Positions 30,685-40,600 of a DNA stretch of 64,000 bases are shown here, in pieces. The notes under the pieces are model-generated. The model was not told the DNA's origin. It searched no databases and saw nothing but the letters and a program-made list of their open reading frames with translations. Made by a program: the position numbers and the translations under genes. The DNA comes from Candidatus Marinacidobacterales bacterium (GTDB lineage: Bacteria; Acidobacteriota; Vicinamibacteria; Marinacidobacterales; SMYC01). Location of the stretch: assembly GCA_965224085.1 (NCBI GenBank), contig CBDCYI010000004.1, forward strand, positions 1,024,001 through 1,088,000. Direction: 5' to 3'. How positions within the stretch are numbered: position 1 is the first letter of the stretch; each line of letters opens with the position of its first letter.

Positions 30685-32096
30685 TCTCCTCCGAAGCAGT
30701 AGAGAATATTGCGGGTGCGTATGTAGAGGCGTCCATCCGCAATGGCGGGTGTCGCGTGGATCAAATCGTCGAGGTCATTGACCGCGAGCACTTCTAGATC
30801 GCCCGCCGGACTGAGCACGGCGACTTTCCCGAGCTCGCTTGCCATGAAGATCTTGCCGTCCGCCGCCACGGGCGAGGCGTAATAGTTGTCGACGGCGCCT
30901 TTGAGGCGTCCCTGCGCGATGATACCCCCTGTTTTTGGCTCGAGCGTCGTTACGATCCCGCCGTCGTTCACCATGTAAAGAACATCCATGTAAAGAAGAG
31001 GCGACGGGAGCTGGGGGACCCGTTTGTGATAGGTCCACACCACGTTCTGCTCCGTCATGTCGCCTTCACCGCCCACACGGATCCCGAGAATGGCGTTCTT
31101 CGACGCGAGCGCGGCGAGGTAGTAGTCATACTCTGCCGCGTCGAGCCGGCCGTCGGCGCTCAAGTCAACGAAGCCGAACCACGACCGCACATGTCCCTCG
31201 GCCTCGTCTCGAGCGAGGAATCCGTCATCGTTCGGGTCGAGTTCCTGGAACGGAGACGCTACGACGTTGCGCCCCGGTTGATTCTCCGGTGTGCCATAGC
31301 CGTTGATGTAGAGCATGTCGCCGGCGAGAACGGGCGTCGACTTCATCTCGAAAGAAAGACCGCTCACCCACCAGAGCTTCTCACCGGTCTTCGCGGCGTA
31401 GGAGGTTAAAAGAAACGAACCGGGCACGAGGATCTCGAGCGAGCCGTCCTTCGCCTCGTGGAGCACGGGCGTCGAGTGGCCGCTCTTCGCTTCGGGGCGG
31501 CGCTTTTGCCAGACGACTTTCCCATGCCTCTTGTCGAGCGCGATGATGTAGGAGTTCGTGGCCTGATCGCAGACGAGGACGACGTGGTCGCCCGCGAGGA
31601 TGGGTGAGGCGCCCATCCCGTAGATATTGTCGAAGTCTTCGACGGCGAATCGCCATAGCTCCTCGCCTTCGAAGTCATAGGCAAGAAGCCCGAAGTCGGG
31701 AAAAAAGACAAAGACGCTCTGGTCGTCGACCACAGGGCTCGGTGATGCGGAGTTGTTGCGGTCGTCGAAGTTCGTGACGCGCGTGCGGGGTGCTTCCCTT
31801 CGCCACAAGATCTCGCCGGTTTCGCGATCGAGGCAATACGTGAAGAGTGTCTCGTCTTCGAACGCCGTAAGGAAGATCCGTTCTTCTGTGACGATTGGAG
31901 ATGAATGCCCCGGAGGAAGCGGCGTCTTCCACACGACGTTTTGGGACGGACCGAAATGAAGCGGAAGCTTTTCGGTGTCGACGACGCCTGTTCCATTCGG
32001 CCCGCGAAAACGCGACCATTCGGATGCGAGAAGCGTCGAGGGAAGTACGAAAACGACAAAGACGAAACGAACGAGGCTGTGGCAGCCGAGCGCCAT
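30681..32096 (-). CDS. Beta-propeller protein with EF-hand insert
   Basis: SEWSRFRGP; DPNDDGFLARDE and DLSADGRLDAAE EF-hand loops; ASPVAADGKIF. Confidence 0.88.
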   Translation of the reverse strand: MALGCHSLVRFVFVVFVLPSTLLASEWSRFRGPNGTGVVDTEKLPLHFGPSQNVVWKTPLPPGHSSPIVTEERIFLTAFEDETLFTYCLDRETGEILWRREAPRTRVTNFDDRNNSASPSPVVDDQSVFVFFPDFGLLAYDFEGEELWRFAVEDFDNIYGMGASPILAGDHVVLVCDQATNSYIIALDKRHGKVVWQKRRPEAKSGHSTPVLHEAKDGSLEILVPGSFLLTSYAAKTGEKLWWVSGLSFEMKSTPVLAGDMLYINGYGTPENQPGRNVVASPFQELDPNDDGFLARDEAEGHVRSWFGFVDLSADGRLDAAEYDYYLAALASKNAILGIRVGGEGDMTEQNVVWTYHKRVPQLPSPLLYMDVLYMVNDGGIVTTLEPKTGGIIAQGRLKGAVDNYYASPVAADGKIFMASELGKVAVLSPAGDLEVLAVNDLDDLIHATPAIADGRLYIRTRNILYCFGGE

Positions 32097-32127
32097 CAGG
32101 GCACCCTCCTTTCTCTGGCTGCGCAAT

Positions 32128-32185
32128 CCTACCCCAGAAGGGCCTACCCCAGAAGGGCCTACCCCAGAAGGGCCTACTCCAGAAG
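32128..32185. repeat. 15-bp tandem repeat (CCTACCCCAGAAGGG)x~4
   Basis: Three near-exact units plus a variant overlapping the DUF3179 stop codon. Confidence 0.9.
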
Positions 32186-33121
32186 CGTCGTGTCCGGGTT
32201 GTTCAAGCTGAAGTTGTACCAAAACGTGTCGAAGCCGGTGAGCGCTTCGACTTTACCGAAACTGCTCGCCTCTGGATCGAAAACAGCGCCCGTCGCTTTT
32301 TCCGTCCACGTTCCGTCGCGCTCCTCGAATCCTGCTTCGGAGACGAAAGCATGGGTCGACTGAAACATCGAGCTCCCGCGCTTGCGGAAAAGAAACACGG
32401 AGTGGCCGGCTTCGAGTGTTACGGTCTTTCCGTTCTCGAGATCCTTCTGCCGAACGGCATAGGCGACATTGTCCAAGTGGAACGCGAAAATGGGCGCTTT
32501 CGTCGCGAGACGATCGTCCTTAGCAACTTGTCCTCGATAGCCTTCGGGGTCGTGGAAATATTGTTGGTAACCGTTGTCAGCGTGCTCTTCACCGTCGACA
32601 GAGAGCACGAGTGTGTCGGGGTGCTTCGCGCGCCAATGACGCCACGAAACCCTCTCGCCGACAGGAAGCTCGATGAGCTTGTTCCCGGCCAATTCACCGG
32701 CTACGGCCGCGCCTTCCATGATCGACCAGTAGGTATCGGTCTCTTGGTCTTGCATGATAGGCGAGCTGTTCTTGAGCCCGCCAGACGCTTCGAAGTTCAC
32801 GGTCTTCCCTGCGTAATCACGGCTGTACACGACAGCCGCATTACCAAGTGGTCACCACACAGCAGCGAAGTTGGTCTCGCCGATTCTGTCGTTGACGATT
32901 TCGTGACTGTTCAGCAAGTTGAGGCTGTAAGCGCGCGCTTGCCCGTCGATGACGACGCCGAGAACCCAGGCTCTGGGCGGCAGCTTCGCTTCGGAAGCGG
33001 GCACGTAGGTCGGCTCGCTGATGGCCGCGATCTGCCCACGTGGGATCACGCGCTTGAAGCCTTCGGGCTCCTGGACTCCGACCATCGCCGCCATCGCGCC
33101 GAAAAATGCGACAGGTATCAT
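32174..33121 (-). CDS. DUF3179-like exported selenoprotein (U-P-L-G)
   Basis: QIAAISEP, ARAYSL..L..HEIVND, AVW-TGA(32852-54)-PLGNAA, FEASGGL, MQDQETDTYWS, DTFWY in one frame; strong hairpin 3' of the TGA. Confidence 0.9.
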
Positions 33122-33287
33122 GTACGTATTGTCGTGAGTCTCGCTCTCTTGCAGGTGTGAACTTGATAACACTTTCGACGAGTTCGAAGCACCCGGCCAT
33201 TTCTTTGACGGCGCTCACCCGGCAAAAGATAATGGGGCCTGCACTTCGGACGAATTCAGGCATCGGTTCACGAAAGCATAAGAAGAC

Positions 33288-35486
33288 ATGTTCAGAAAAA
33301 CTTTTTTCACGATATTCGTGATGTTCACGGGAGGCACGGGGGCGGGATCTTTCGCCGGCTCAGCCAGTGAAGATTGGACGGATTGGCGAGGCCCGGGCCG
33401 AGACGGCCATTCCTCGGAGACCGGCCTTCCCACGAGCTGGTCTCGCGATGGCGACAACCTCGCCTGGCGGGCTCCTTATGGCGGCCGCTCGACGCCCATC
33501 ATTCTCGGCGACCACCTCTATCTGCAAAACGCTGCTGGAGAAGGCGCGAGCCGGCAGGAGCGCATCATGTGCTTCGACGTCGAGACGGGCGAGCTCTTGT
33601 GGGAGCATCGGATCAACATCTACTTGAGCGACGTACCGCCTCACCGCGTAGGCTGGGCCTCCCCGGTCGCGGACGCGACGACGGGCAACCTCTATGTCTA
33701 TACCGTCGGTGGCTCCGTTTACGGGTTCACCGCCGAAGGCGCCATTTTGTGGAAGCGCTCGCTAACGGAAGATTTCGGCCTCATCACGACCCATGGCGGC
33801 CGCACCGCCTCACCAATCATCGATGGCAACCTTCTCATCGTGAGCGGTCTGAGCTCCGGTTGGGGCGAGCAAGCGCGCGGCGGCCAGCGTTTCTTCGCTT
33901 TCGACAAAGCCACGGGGGAAACGCAATGGGTCAGCTCTCCCGGTGGCCGCCCTTATGACACGACCTACGCGCCGCCTGTCATCGCCGACGTCGACGGCGT
34001 GCGACTTCTCATCACGGGCGGCGGCGATGGAGCGATGCACGCGATTGAGCCTCAGACGGGCGAGTCGGTGTGGCGCTTCGAATATTCCAAGCGTGGCATC
34101 AACACCGGCGCTGTCATCAAGGACAACATCGCTATCGTGAGCCAGGGTGAGGAGAACCTTCGCACGAGCCAAATGGGTCTCGTGGCCGCCATCGATGCCA
34201 CCACGCGCGGCACGATCGACGTCGACAGCGCGAAATGGTCCGTGGGCGGCTTTCTCGGGGGCTATTCTTCACCCGTCCTCGACGGCGACCACTTCTACCA
34301 GATCGACAACAGCGCCAACTTAAAGGCGTTCGACGTGGGGAGTGGCGCCGAGGAATGGACCTTGAACCTCGGCACCATCCAGCGAGCGTCCCCGGTTCTC
34401 GCTGACGGCAAGCTCTATGTCGGCACTGTCAACGGCACTTTCTACATTTTGGAGCTTTCGGCCGACGGTGCGTCGATCCTCGACCGAGACGAGCTGACGG
34501 CCGGTGACGAGTTCGAAGAGATTTACGCCTCGGTCGCGATCGCGGATGGCCGCGTCTATCTGGCCTCGGCGCAAGCGCTCTACGCGATCGGCTCGGCGCG
34601 CAAGGAATCGGCGTCCAAGCCGCGTTCCACCGCTCCGAGTGGTTCGCCCGGCGCGCCGGCCTCGGTTCAAGTCGCACCCACGGACGTAACCCTCGAGCCG
34701 GGTGGCACCGTCGAGCTCGAAGCGCGTCTGTTCGACGCGGAAGGACGTTTCGTGCGGGTCGTGCGGATCGGCGAAGCAACGTGGTCGCTCGAAGGTGTGG
34801 ATGGTGCGGTCGATGGCGGGCGCTTCATAGCGGCTGCGGGCAGGGCGCCCCAAGGTGGGAAGATCCACGCGAGTGTAGGCGAGCTATCGGGCTCGGCGCG
34901 CGCGCGCGTGATTCCGCCTCTTCCATGGAGCGAGAATTTTGACGCGCTCGAGAGTGTCCCGCGGCCGTGGATCAACGCGACCGGAAAGTTCGAAATTCGC
35001 GAGGTCAGCGGCGAAAAGGTGCTCGTGAAGAAGGCCGACAATCCCTTTCTACGCCGCGCGCGTGTGTATATCGGGCCTTCGGACTGGTCCGATTACACCG
35101 TGCAAGTGGATGTGTTGGCGACTCGTCAGCGCCGTCAAATGGGACATGCCGGCGTCATCGCGCAGCGTTATCTGTTGATGCTACTCGGAAGTCACCAGCG
35201 ACTCGAGCTGCAGTCGTGGCAGCCCGAGACCGAGCGCACCGCGAAAGTCTCGTTCCCGTGGGAGCCGAACACGTGGTACCGCATGAAGCTCGAAGTCGCG
35301 ACGCTCGACGACGGCTCCGTGCGCGCCCGGGGCAAAGTGTGGCCACGCGGTGAGGCCGAGCCTTCCGAGTGGCATGTCGAGCGGCGCGACGAGAGTCCCA
35401 ACCGTCAAGGGAGTCCCGGCATCTTCGCCGACGCGACACCGACCGAAGTGTTTATCGACAATCTCGAAGTACGAGCCAACGAATGA
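33288..35486 (+). CDS. Beta-propeller with C-terminal Ig-like and lectin/LamG-like extensions
   Basis: [28 protein letters not shown]; VAPTDVTLEPG; WYRMKLEV...RGKVWP. Confidence 0.85.
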   Translation: MFRKTFFTIFVMFTGGTGAGSFAGSASEDWTDWRGPGRDGHSSETGLPTSWSRDGDNLAWRAPYGGRSTPIILGDHLYLQNAAGEGASRQERIMCFDVETGELLWEHRINIYLSDVPPHRVGWASPVADATTGNLYVYTVGGSVYGFTAEGAILWKRSLTEDFGLITTHGGRTASPIIDGNLLIVSGLSSGWGEQARGGQRFFAFDKATGETQWVSSPGGRPYDTTYAPPVIADVDGVRLLITGGGDGAMHAIEPQTGESVWRFEYSKRGINTGAVIKDNIAIVSQGEENLRTSQMGLVAAIDATTRGTIDVDSAKWSVGGFLGGYSSPVLDGDHFYQIDNSANLKAFDVGSGAEEWTLNLGTIQRASPVLADGKLYVGTVNGTFYILELSADGASILDRDELTAGDEFEEIYASVAIADGRVYLASAQALYAIGSARKESASKPRSTAPSGSPGAPASVQVAPTDVTLEPGGTVELEARLFDAEGRFVRVVRIGEATWSLEGVDGAVDGGRFIAAAGRAPQGGKIHASVGELSGSARARVIPPLPWSENFDALESVPRPWINATGKFEIREVSGEKVLVKKADNPFLRRARVYIGPSDWSDYTVQVDVLATRQRRQMGHAGVIAQRYLLMLLGSHQRLELQSWQPETERTAKVSFPWEPNTWYRMKLEVATLDDGSVRARGKVWPRGEAEPSEWHVERRDESPNRQGSPGIFADATPTEVFIDNLEVRANE

Positions 35487-36928
35487 AAGGCAAGACGAGG
35501 AAAAAGCTCGTTTGGGCCACCGCTCTCTCCGTTCTCGCGGCCATGGTCGCACTCAACGTCCACGCCGACGATTCCAAAGACGGTGATTGGACCATGTGGG
35601 GCGGCACCGCCGACCGCAACATGGTGTCCTCGATGACCGGCCTTCCCCTCGAGTGGGATGTCAATGCCGGCACCAACGTGAAATGGATCGCCGCGCTCGG
35701 CTCACAGACCTATGGGAACCCTGTTGTGGCGAACGGCAAAGTGTTTGTCGGAACGAACAATGAGGCGCTTTACGACAAAGAGATGCCGGGCGACAAAGGC
35801 GTTCTCGTCGCGATCAACGAGGCCGACGGTAAATTCCTTTGGCAAATGGTCAGCGACAAGCACCCTGCGGGCCGCGTCAACGATTGGCCGTTCCAAGGCG
35901 TTTGCTCCTCGCCGCTCGTCGATGGCGACGTGCTCTACTACGTCACCAATCGAGGTGAAGTGCTCGCGCTCGACACCGAAGGCTTTGTCGACGGCGAGAA
36001 CGACGGACCGTATCAAGATGAGCAATATAAAAGCCCGCATGACGGGGACATCATCTGGAAGTTCGACATGATGGAAGAGCTCGGCGCCTTCCCACACAAC
36101 ATGTCGAACTCCTCACCCGTGATGTATGGCGATTTGATTTTCGTGAACACTTCGAATGGACACGACGAAAGCCATGTCAACATCCCGTCTCCTATGAGCC
36201 CCGACCTGGTAGCACTCAACAAGAACACGGGCGAGCTCGTGTGGGAGAACAGCCCCGTGGGCGAGGCCATTCTTCACGGGCAATGGTCCTCCGCCGCTGT
36301 CGGTGACCTCGGTGGCGTCGCTCAAGTCGTGATGGGCGAAGGCGATGGCTGGGTACGCGGCTACGTAGCCGAGACCGGTGAAAAGTTGTGGGAGTTCGAC
36401 AGCAACCCGCCCGGGTCTACTTGGCCGAAGACGCGCAACAATATCATTAGTACACCAGTGCTCTACGATGACAAGGTCTATATCGCAAACGGTCAGGACC
36501 CGGAGCACGGCGAAGGGCTGGGCCACTTCTACGCTATCGACGCGACCAAGCGCGGCGACATCACCCAAAGCGGAAGCGTCTGGCACTACGACAAGATCCG
36601 CCGCTCGATCTCGACGCCGGCGATTCATGAGGGCATCATCTACATGCCGGATTTCAGCGGTTTCTTCCATGCGCTGAACGTCGAGACCGGAGAACCGTAC
36701 TGGGTGCACGACACTTTCGCGGCAGTCTGGTCGTCGCCCATGGTCGTCGACGGCAAGATCTATCTCGGCGACGAAGATGGCGATGTCGTCGTGCTCGCCC
36801 CAGGTAAAGAAGAAAAAGTTCTCGTCGAGATGAACCTCGGGAGCTCCGTCTACGGGACAGCGGTTCCCGCGCACGGCGTTTTATACATCGCGAGCCGGAA
36901 TCAGCTGTTCGCGCTCGCCAACGAATAG
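35483..36928 (+). CDS. Acidic beta-propeller protein
   Basis: DWTMWGGTADRNMVS, GSQTYGNPVV, GRVNDWPFQGVCSSP, GQDPEHGEG; ATGA overlap with the upstream gene. Confidence 0.87.
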   Translation: MKGKTRKKLVWATALSVLAAMVALNVHADDSKDGDWTMWGGTADRNMVSSMTGLPLEWDVNAGTNVKWIAALGSQTYGNPVVANGKVFVGTNNEALYDKEMPGDKGVLVAINEADGKFLWQMVSDKHPAGRVNDWPFQGVCSSPLVDGDVLYYVTNRGEVLALDTEGFVDGENDGPYQDEQYKSPHDGDIIWKFDMMEELGAFPHNMSNSSPVMYGDLIFVNTSNGHDESHVNIPSPMSPDLVALNKNTGELVWENSPVGEAILHGQWSSAAVGDLGGVAQVVMGEGDGWVRGYVAETGEKLWEFDSNPPGSTWPKTRNNIISTPVLYDDKVYIANGQDPEHGEGLGHFYAIDATKRGDITQSGSVWHYDKIRRSISTPAIHEGIIYMPDFSGFFHALNVETGEPYWVHDTFAAVWSSPMVVDGKIYLGDEDGDVVVLAPGKEEKVLVEMNLGSSVYGTAVPAHGVLYIASRNQLFALANE

Positions 36929-36931
36929 AGC

Positions 36932-38041
36932 GTGGAATCTTTCGAGTACCGGCCCGAGCCGCGGGTAGTGTTCGGCCGCGGCGCTCTTGACCGCCTCGGC
37001 GAGCTCGCGAATGAGCTCGGCTTCGAGCGCACGGTGTTGACGGCCGATCCCGGCCTACGCGCGACCCCACACGTCGATCGCGCCCTCGGCTTGCTCGATC
37101 GCGCCGGTGTCGAAGTCTTCGTCTTCAGCGATTTCGGCGAGAACCCCGATACCGACATGGTCGAGCGCGGACACGTGTTCGCCGCCTCGAAGGACATCGA
37201 CTCGTTCATCGGCCTAGGAGGCGGAAGCTCGATGGACTGTGCCAAGGGCGTGAACTTGCTTCTCACCAATGGCGGGGTCATCCGTGACTATGTCGGCTTC
37301 GCAAAGAACCGAGAGCCGCTTCTGCCTATGATCGGCGTACCGACGACGTCGGGGACCGGAAGCGAGGCGCAATCCTACGCGCTCATCTCGGATGCGAAGA
37401 CTCATGTCAAGATGGCGTGTGATCTCAGAGAACGCTTTCACGTAGCTATCCTGGACCCCGAGCTCACTGTAACCCAGCCGGCGGCCGTCACCGCAACCAC
37501 CGGCTACGATGCCCTTGCCCATGCGGTCGAGACCGCGGTAACGACGAAGAGAAACGCTTTGTCCGATCTCTACTCCCGTGAAGCTTTTCGATTGTTGAAC
37601 GAAAACTACGCTCGCGTCCTCGAAGAGCCCGACGACCTCGAAGCGCGCAGCGCGATGCAGCTCGGCGCTTTCTACGCGGGCGTCGCGATCGAGAACTCGA
37701 TGCTCGGCGCGACCCATGCTTGCGCCAACCCTCTGACCCAACGCTACGGAACCGCGCACGGTCGCGCCATCGCGATGTGCCTGCCGAGCGTGGTGCGCTT
37801 CAACGCGGATGAGGTGGCGCAGGATTACGCGGCACTCCACCAAAGTGGCGAGTCGCTCGCGAGCCGTCTCGAGGAGCTTGCCGAGCTCGGAGGCCTTCCG
37901 CGCCGCCTCCGCGATGAGGGAGTGCCGGAAGAGGATCTTCCGGGCCTCGCCCGTGCGGCAACCAAGCAGTGGACCGGAAACTTCAACCCGCGGCCCTTCG
38001 ACGAAACGGCCGCCCTGGAGATTTACCGATGCGCCTACTGA
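36932..38041 (+). CDS. Iron-containing alcohol dehydrogenase
   Basis: GLGGGSSMDCAK, PTTSGTGSE, DALAHAVE, GATHACANPL, HGRA. Confidence 0.92.
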   Translation: MESFEYRPEPRVVFGRGALDRLGELANELGFERTVLTADPGLRATPHVDRALGLLDRAGVEVFVFSDFGENPDTDMVERGHVFAASKDIDSFIGLGGGSSMDCAKGVNLLLTNGGVIRDYVGFAKNREPLLPMIGVPTTSGTGSEAQSYALISDAKTHVKMACDLRERFHVAILDPELTVTQPAAVTATTGYDALAHAVETAVTTKRNALSDLYSREAFRLLNENYARVLEEPDDLEARSAMQLGAFYAGVAIENSMLGATHACANPLTQRYGTAHGRAIAMCLPSVVRFNADEVAQDYAALHQSGESLASRLEELAELGGLPRRLRDEGVPEEDLPGLARAATKQWTGNFNPRPFDETAALEIYRCAY

Positions 38042-39144
38042 TAATCCTCGCATTCCTGGCGGACGCGTCGCAAGAGACCGTTGCCCCGAAAGACACGTGG
38101 AATCAGTTTCGCGGAAGCCCGATGCGCACGGGACGCTCGGCCGCCGAGATCCCCGACGAGCTGAAGCTTCTCTGGAGCTTCGAGGCCGGCTTTTCCATTG
38201 ACTCCTCCGCCGCCATCGTCGACGACGTCGTCTATATGACCGCGCTTCCGGGGCTCGTCGCCGCGCTCGCCCTCGACGACGGCTCGGTCCGCTGGAAGCG
38301 CGATTTCGGTGAAGAGGAAGACCGGTTCGGGGAATCCTCGCCGATGGTGGTCGAGGGCACCGTCTACGTTGGCGACTTGCTCGGCGTCGTGCACGCTTTC
38401 GACGCCGCGAGCGGCGAGACCCGGTGGACATTCGAGACCGACGCGGAAATCAAAGCTTCTCCCGTCGTCATCGGCGACCACTTGCTCGTCTCGTCCTACG
38501 ACGAGCACCTATACGCGCTCGACCGCGAGACGGGCGAGCTTCAGTGGACGTTTGAAAGCCTCGGGCCTCTTCACAGCACGCCCGGATATGACGGCGAGCT
38601 CGTTTACGTGACGGGATGCGATGCCTTGCTACGCGGCATCGATCTCGAAGACGGCACCGAGAAGCTACAGATGGACTCGGGCGCTTATACAGCCTCCTCT
38701 CCGGCTCTAGTCGACGGCATCGCTTATTACGGAACGTTCAACAACGACGTGCTTGCCGTCGATCTGAAAAACAAAAAATATCTCTGGCGCTATGAGCACC
38801 CGACCCGCCACTTCCCTTTCTATTCCTCAGCCGCGGTGGCAAATGGCATCGTCGTCATTGGCGGCCGCGACAAGATCGTGCACGCGATCGATCAAGAAAC
38901 GGGCGCCTCGCTCTGGACCTACCGTACGGGCGCACGTGTCGAGTCCTCCCCTGTCATCGCGGGCAACCGCGCCTATGTCGGCTCCGGCGACGGCCGCTTC
39001 TACGTTTTCGAGCTCACGACCGGCGAGAAAGTGTGGCAGTTCGACGCCGGCGCTCCGTTCGTCGCCTCACCCGCGCTCGCCGATGGACGGGTCGTCATCG
39101 GCTCCCAGGACGGCATTCTCTACGCCTTCGGGGCGCAGAACTGA
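38029..39144 (+). CDS. BamB-like beta-propeller
   Basis: TWNQFRG, repeated SSP/ASP...G...W blades. Confidence 0.87.
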   Translation: MRLLIILAFLADASQETVAPKDTWNQFRGSPMRTGRSAAEIPDELKLLWSFEAGFSIDSSAAIVDDVVYMTALPGLVAALALDDGSVRWKRDFGEEEDRFGESSPMVVEGTVYVGDLLGVVHAFDAASGETRWTFETDAEIKASPVVIGDHLLVSSYDEHLYALDRETGELQWTFESLGPLHSTPGYDGELVYVTGCDALLRGIDLEDGTEKLQMDSGAYTASSPALVDGIAYYGTFNNDVLAVDLKNKKYLWRYEHPTRHFPFYSSAAVANGIVVIGGRDKIVHAIDQETGASLWTYRTGARVESSPVIAGNRAYVGSGDGRFYVFELTTGEKVWQFDAGAPFVASPALADGRVVIGSQDGILYAFGAQN

Positions 39145-39313
39145 ATCTGCAGGCTCAGCTGAAGTGACTATTCGGCAAAGGAGTCCCTCCCGTTTTTCAC
39201 GGAGAATCTCGCGCTCGACCGAGACATCCCGTAGGCTAGGGGTGCGCACAGGGGAGGGTGATGACGGACTTTCTAAGAAAACGGAGCGGCATAAGTGCGA
39301 CGGCCGTTCTGGC

Positions 39314-39650
39314 CTGGGACCCAATGTCCCCGAGCCGGTGGCGAGCGATCTGACGGTCGAACCCGCTTCGCCGAGGTACTCCTTTCCTTCGGAATTCCGC
39401 ATCGTCTCCTCACCGATTCTAGGCGCGCTCCACCACGATTACCGCTTGGCACGCGCCGCCTGAGTAGGCGAAGCTCTCAGCGGCCGTCTTCGAGACGTCT
39501 GCACTCCAGGACCGCTTTCCGCGGTACGACCGCACCATCGCGTTCGCGCCGTCGGCAACACATGCGTCGAGCTCATTTTCGTCGGCGCCAGGCGATCGAA
39601 AACCTCCTTCCCGGTGCCCGGCCACCGCATGCTTTTTTTTGCGGACGATA
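39314..39650 (+). mobile_element. Orphan right-end fragment of the IS481-like element (near-identical to 48512-48848)
   Basis: 337-bp copy with integrase tail LGALHHDYRLARAA and terminal TTTTTGCGGACGATA. Confidence 0.85.
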
Positions 39651-39796
39651 GGTGGCATCACGTCGGCGACTCCAAGATCGGGCTGAGCCACTTGCCGCGC
39701 GTGGCGATCGATCTCGGGCGCATCTACCGGGGGCTCAGAGCCGCGCGGCGCCGGTGACGGTGGCGCGGTGGGTCTTCGATTTCAGGTTTTTGTTCT

Positions 39797-40567
39797 TCAT
39801 TGGTTGAGCTCCTGGGCGATGCGCACCCCCTCCAGAACGAGGTCGGGGTGAACGGCGCTGAAGATCCCGGCCTCGGCGAGGAGACCGGCGAATCCTCCGG
39901 TCCCGACGACCACCGGGGTGGTTGCTTTGAAGCACTCCCTGACGAGCTGGTCCCGGATCTCGCGGATCGCCCCCAAGTGGCCCCAGTAGAGGCCGGCCTG
40001 GATGCTCTCGACGGTCGAACGCCCGCAGATCTGGTCGGGACGGATGATCTCCACCTTGGGGAGGCGGGCGGTGTTTTGCTCGAGGGCGCGCATCGAGATG
40101 CTGAGACCGGGAACGATGACGCCGCCGAGGTACTCGCGCTCGGCATTGACCCCCTCGATGGTGGTGGCGGTGCCGAAGTCGATGATGACCAAATCCTCGC
40201 CCGGGTAGCGGTCGACCGCTCCGACGGCGCAAGCGATACGGTCGGCCCCGACCTCGGCCGGGTTTTTGTAGCGAATCTTGAGGCCGGTCTTTAGGCCGGC
40301 ACGAAGGATAAAGGGCTCGAGGTCGAAGTATCGGCGGCAGGCGTTGACCAGCGAGTGGTTGAGATCGGGCACCACCGAACAGAATCCGACCGCCGACACC
40401 GCCGCCGGATCGTGCCCGTTTTCGCGCACGACCTGCCTGAAGAAGAGACCGAGCTCGTCGGACGAGGCGCCGCGCTGGGTGATCTTTCGAAATCTCGACT
40501 GAAGACCACTGTCGTCGAAGATCCCGCCGTAGATCTGGGAGTTCCCGACATCGAGGCTGAGTTTCAT
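39797..40567 (-). CDS. coaX: Type III pantothenate kinase
   Basis: LDVGNS, EVGADR, IDFGTATT, GGVIVPG, GTGG. Confidence 0.95.
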   Translation of the reverse strand: MKLSLDVGNSQIYGGIFDDSGLQSRFRKITQRGASSDELGLFFRQVVRENGHDPAAVSAVGFCSVVPDLNHSLVNACRRYFDLEPFILRAGLKTGLKIRYKNPAEVGADRIACAVGAVDRYPGEDLVIIDFGTATTIEGVNAEREYLGGVIVPGLSISMRALEQNTARLPKVEIIRPDQICGRSTVESIQAGLYWGHLGAIREIRDQLVRECFKATTPVVVGTGGFAGLLAEAGIFSAVHPDLVLEGVRIAQELNQ

Positions 40568-40600
40568 GAAGCATCTCCCTCACCGGCATCGTTGCGGAAT

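Noticed and set aside
32128-32185. CRISPR array (also considered for 19090-19123 and 60039-60156)
   Set aside because: Repeats abut without unique spacers; no cas genes seen
27771-39144. Calling the propellers PQQ-dependent alcohol/glucose dehydrogenases or true bamB
   Set aside because: No vicinal Cys-Cys or dehydrogenase-length catalytic loops, no pqq genes here, and no bamB-type context
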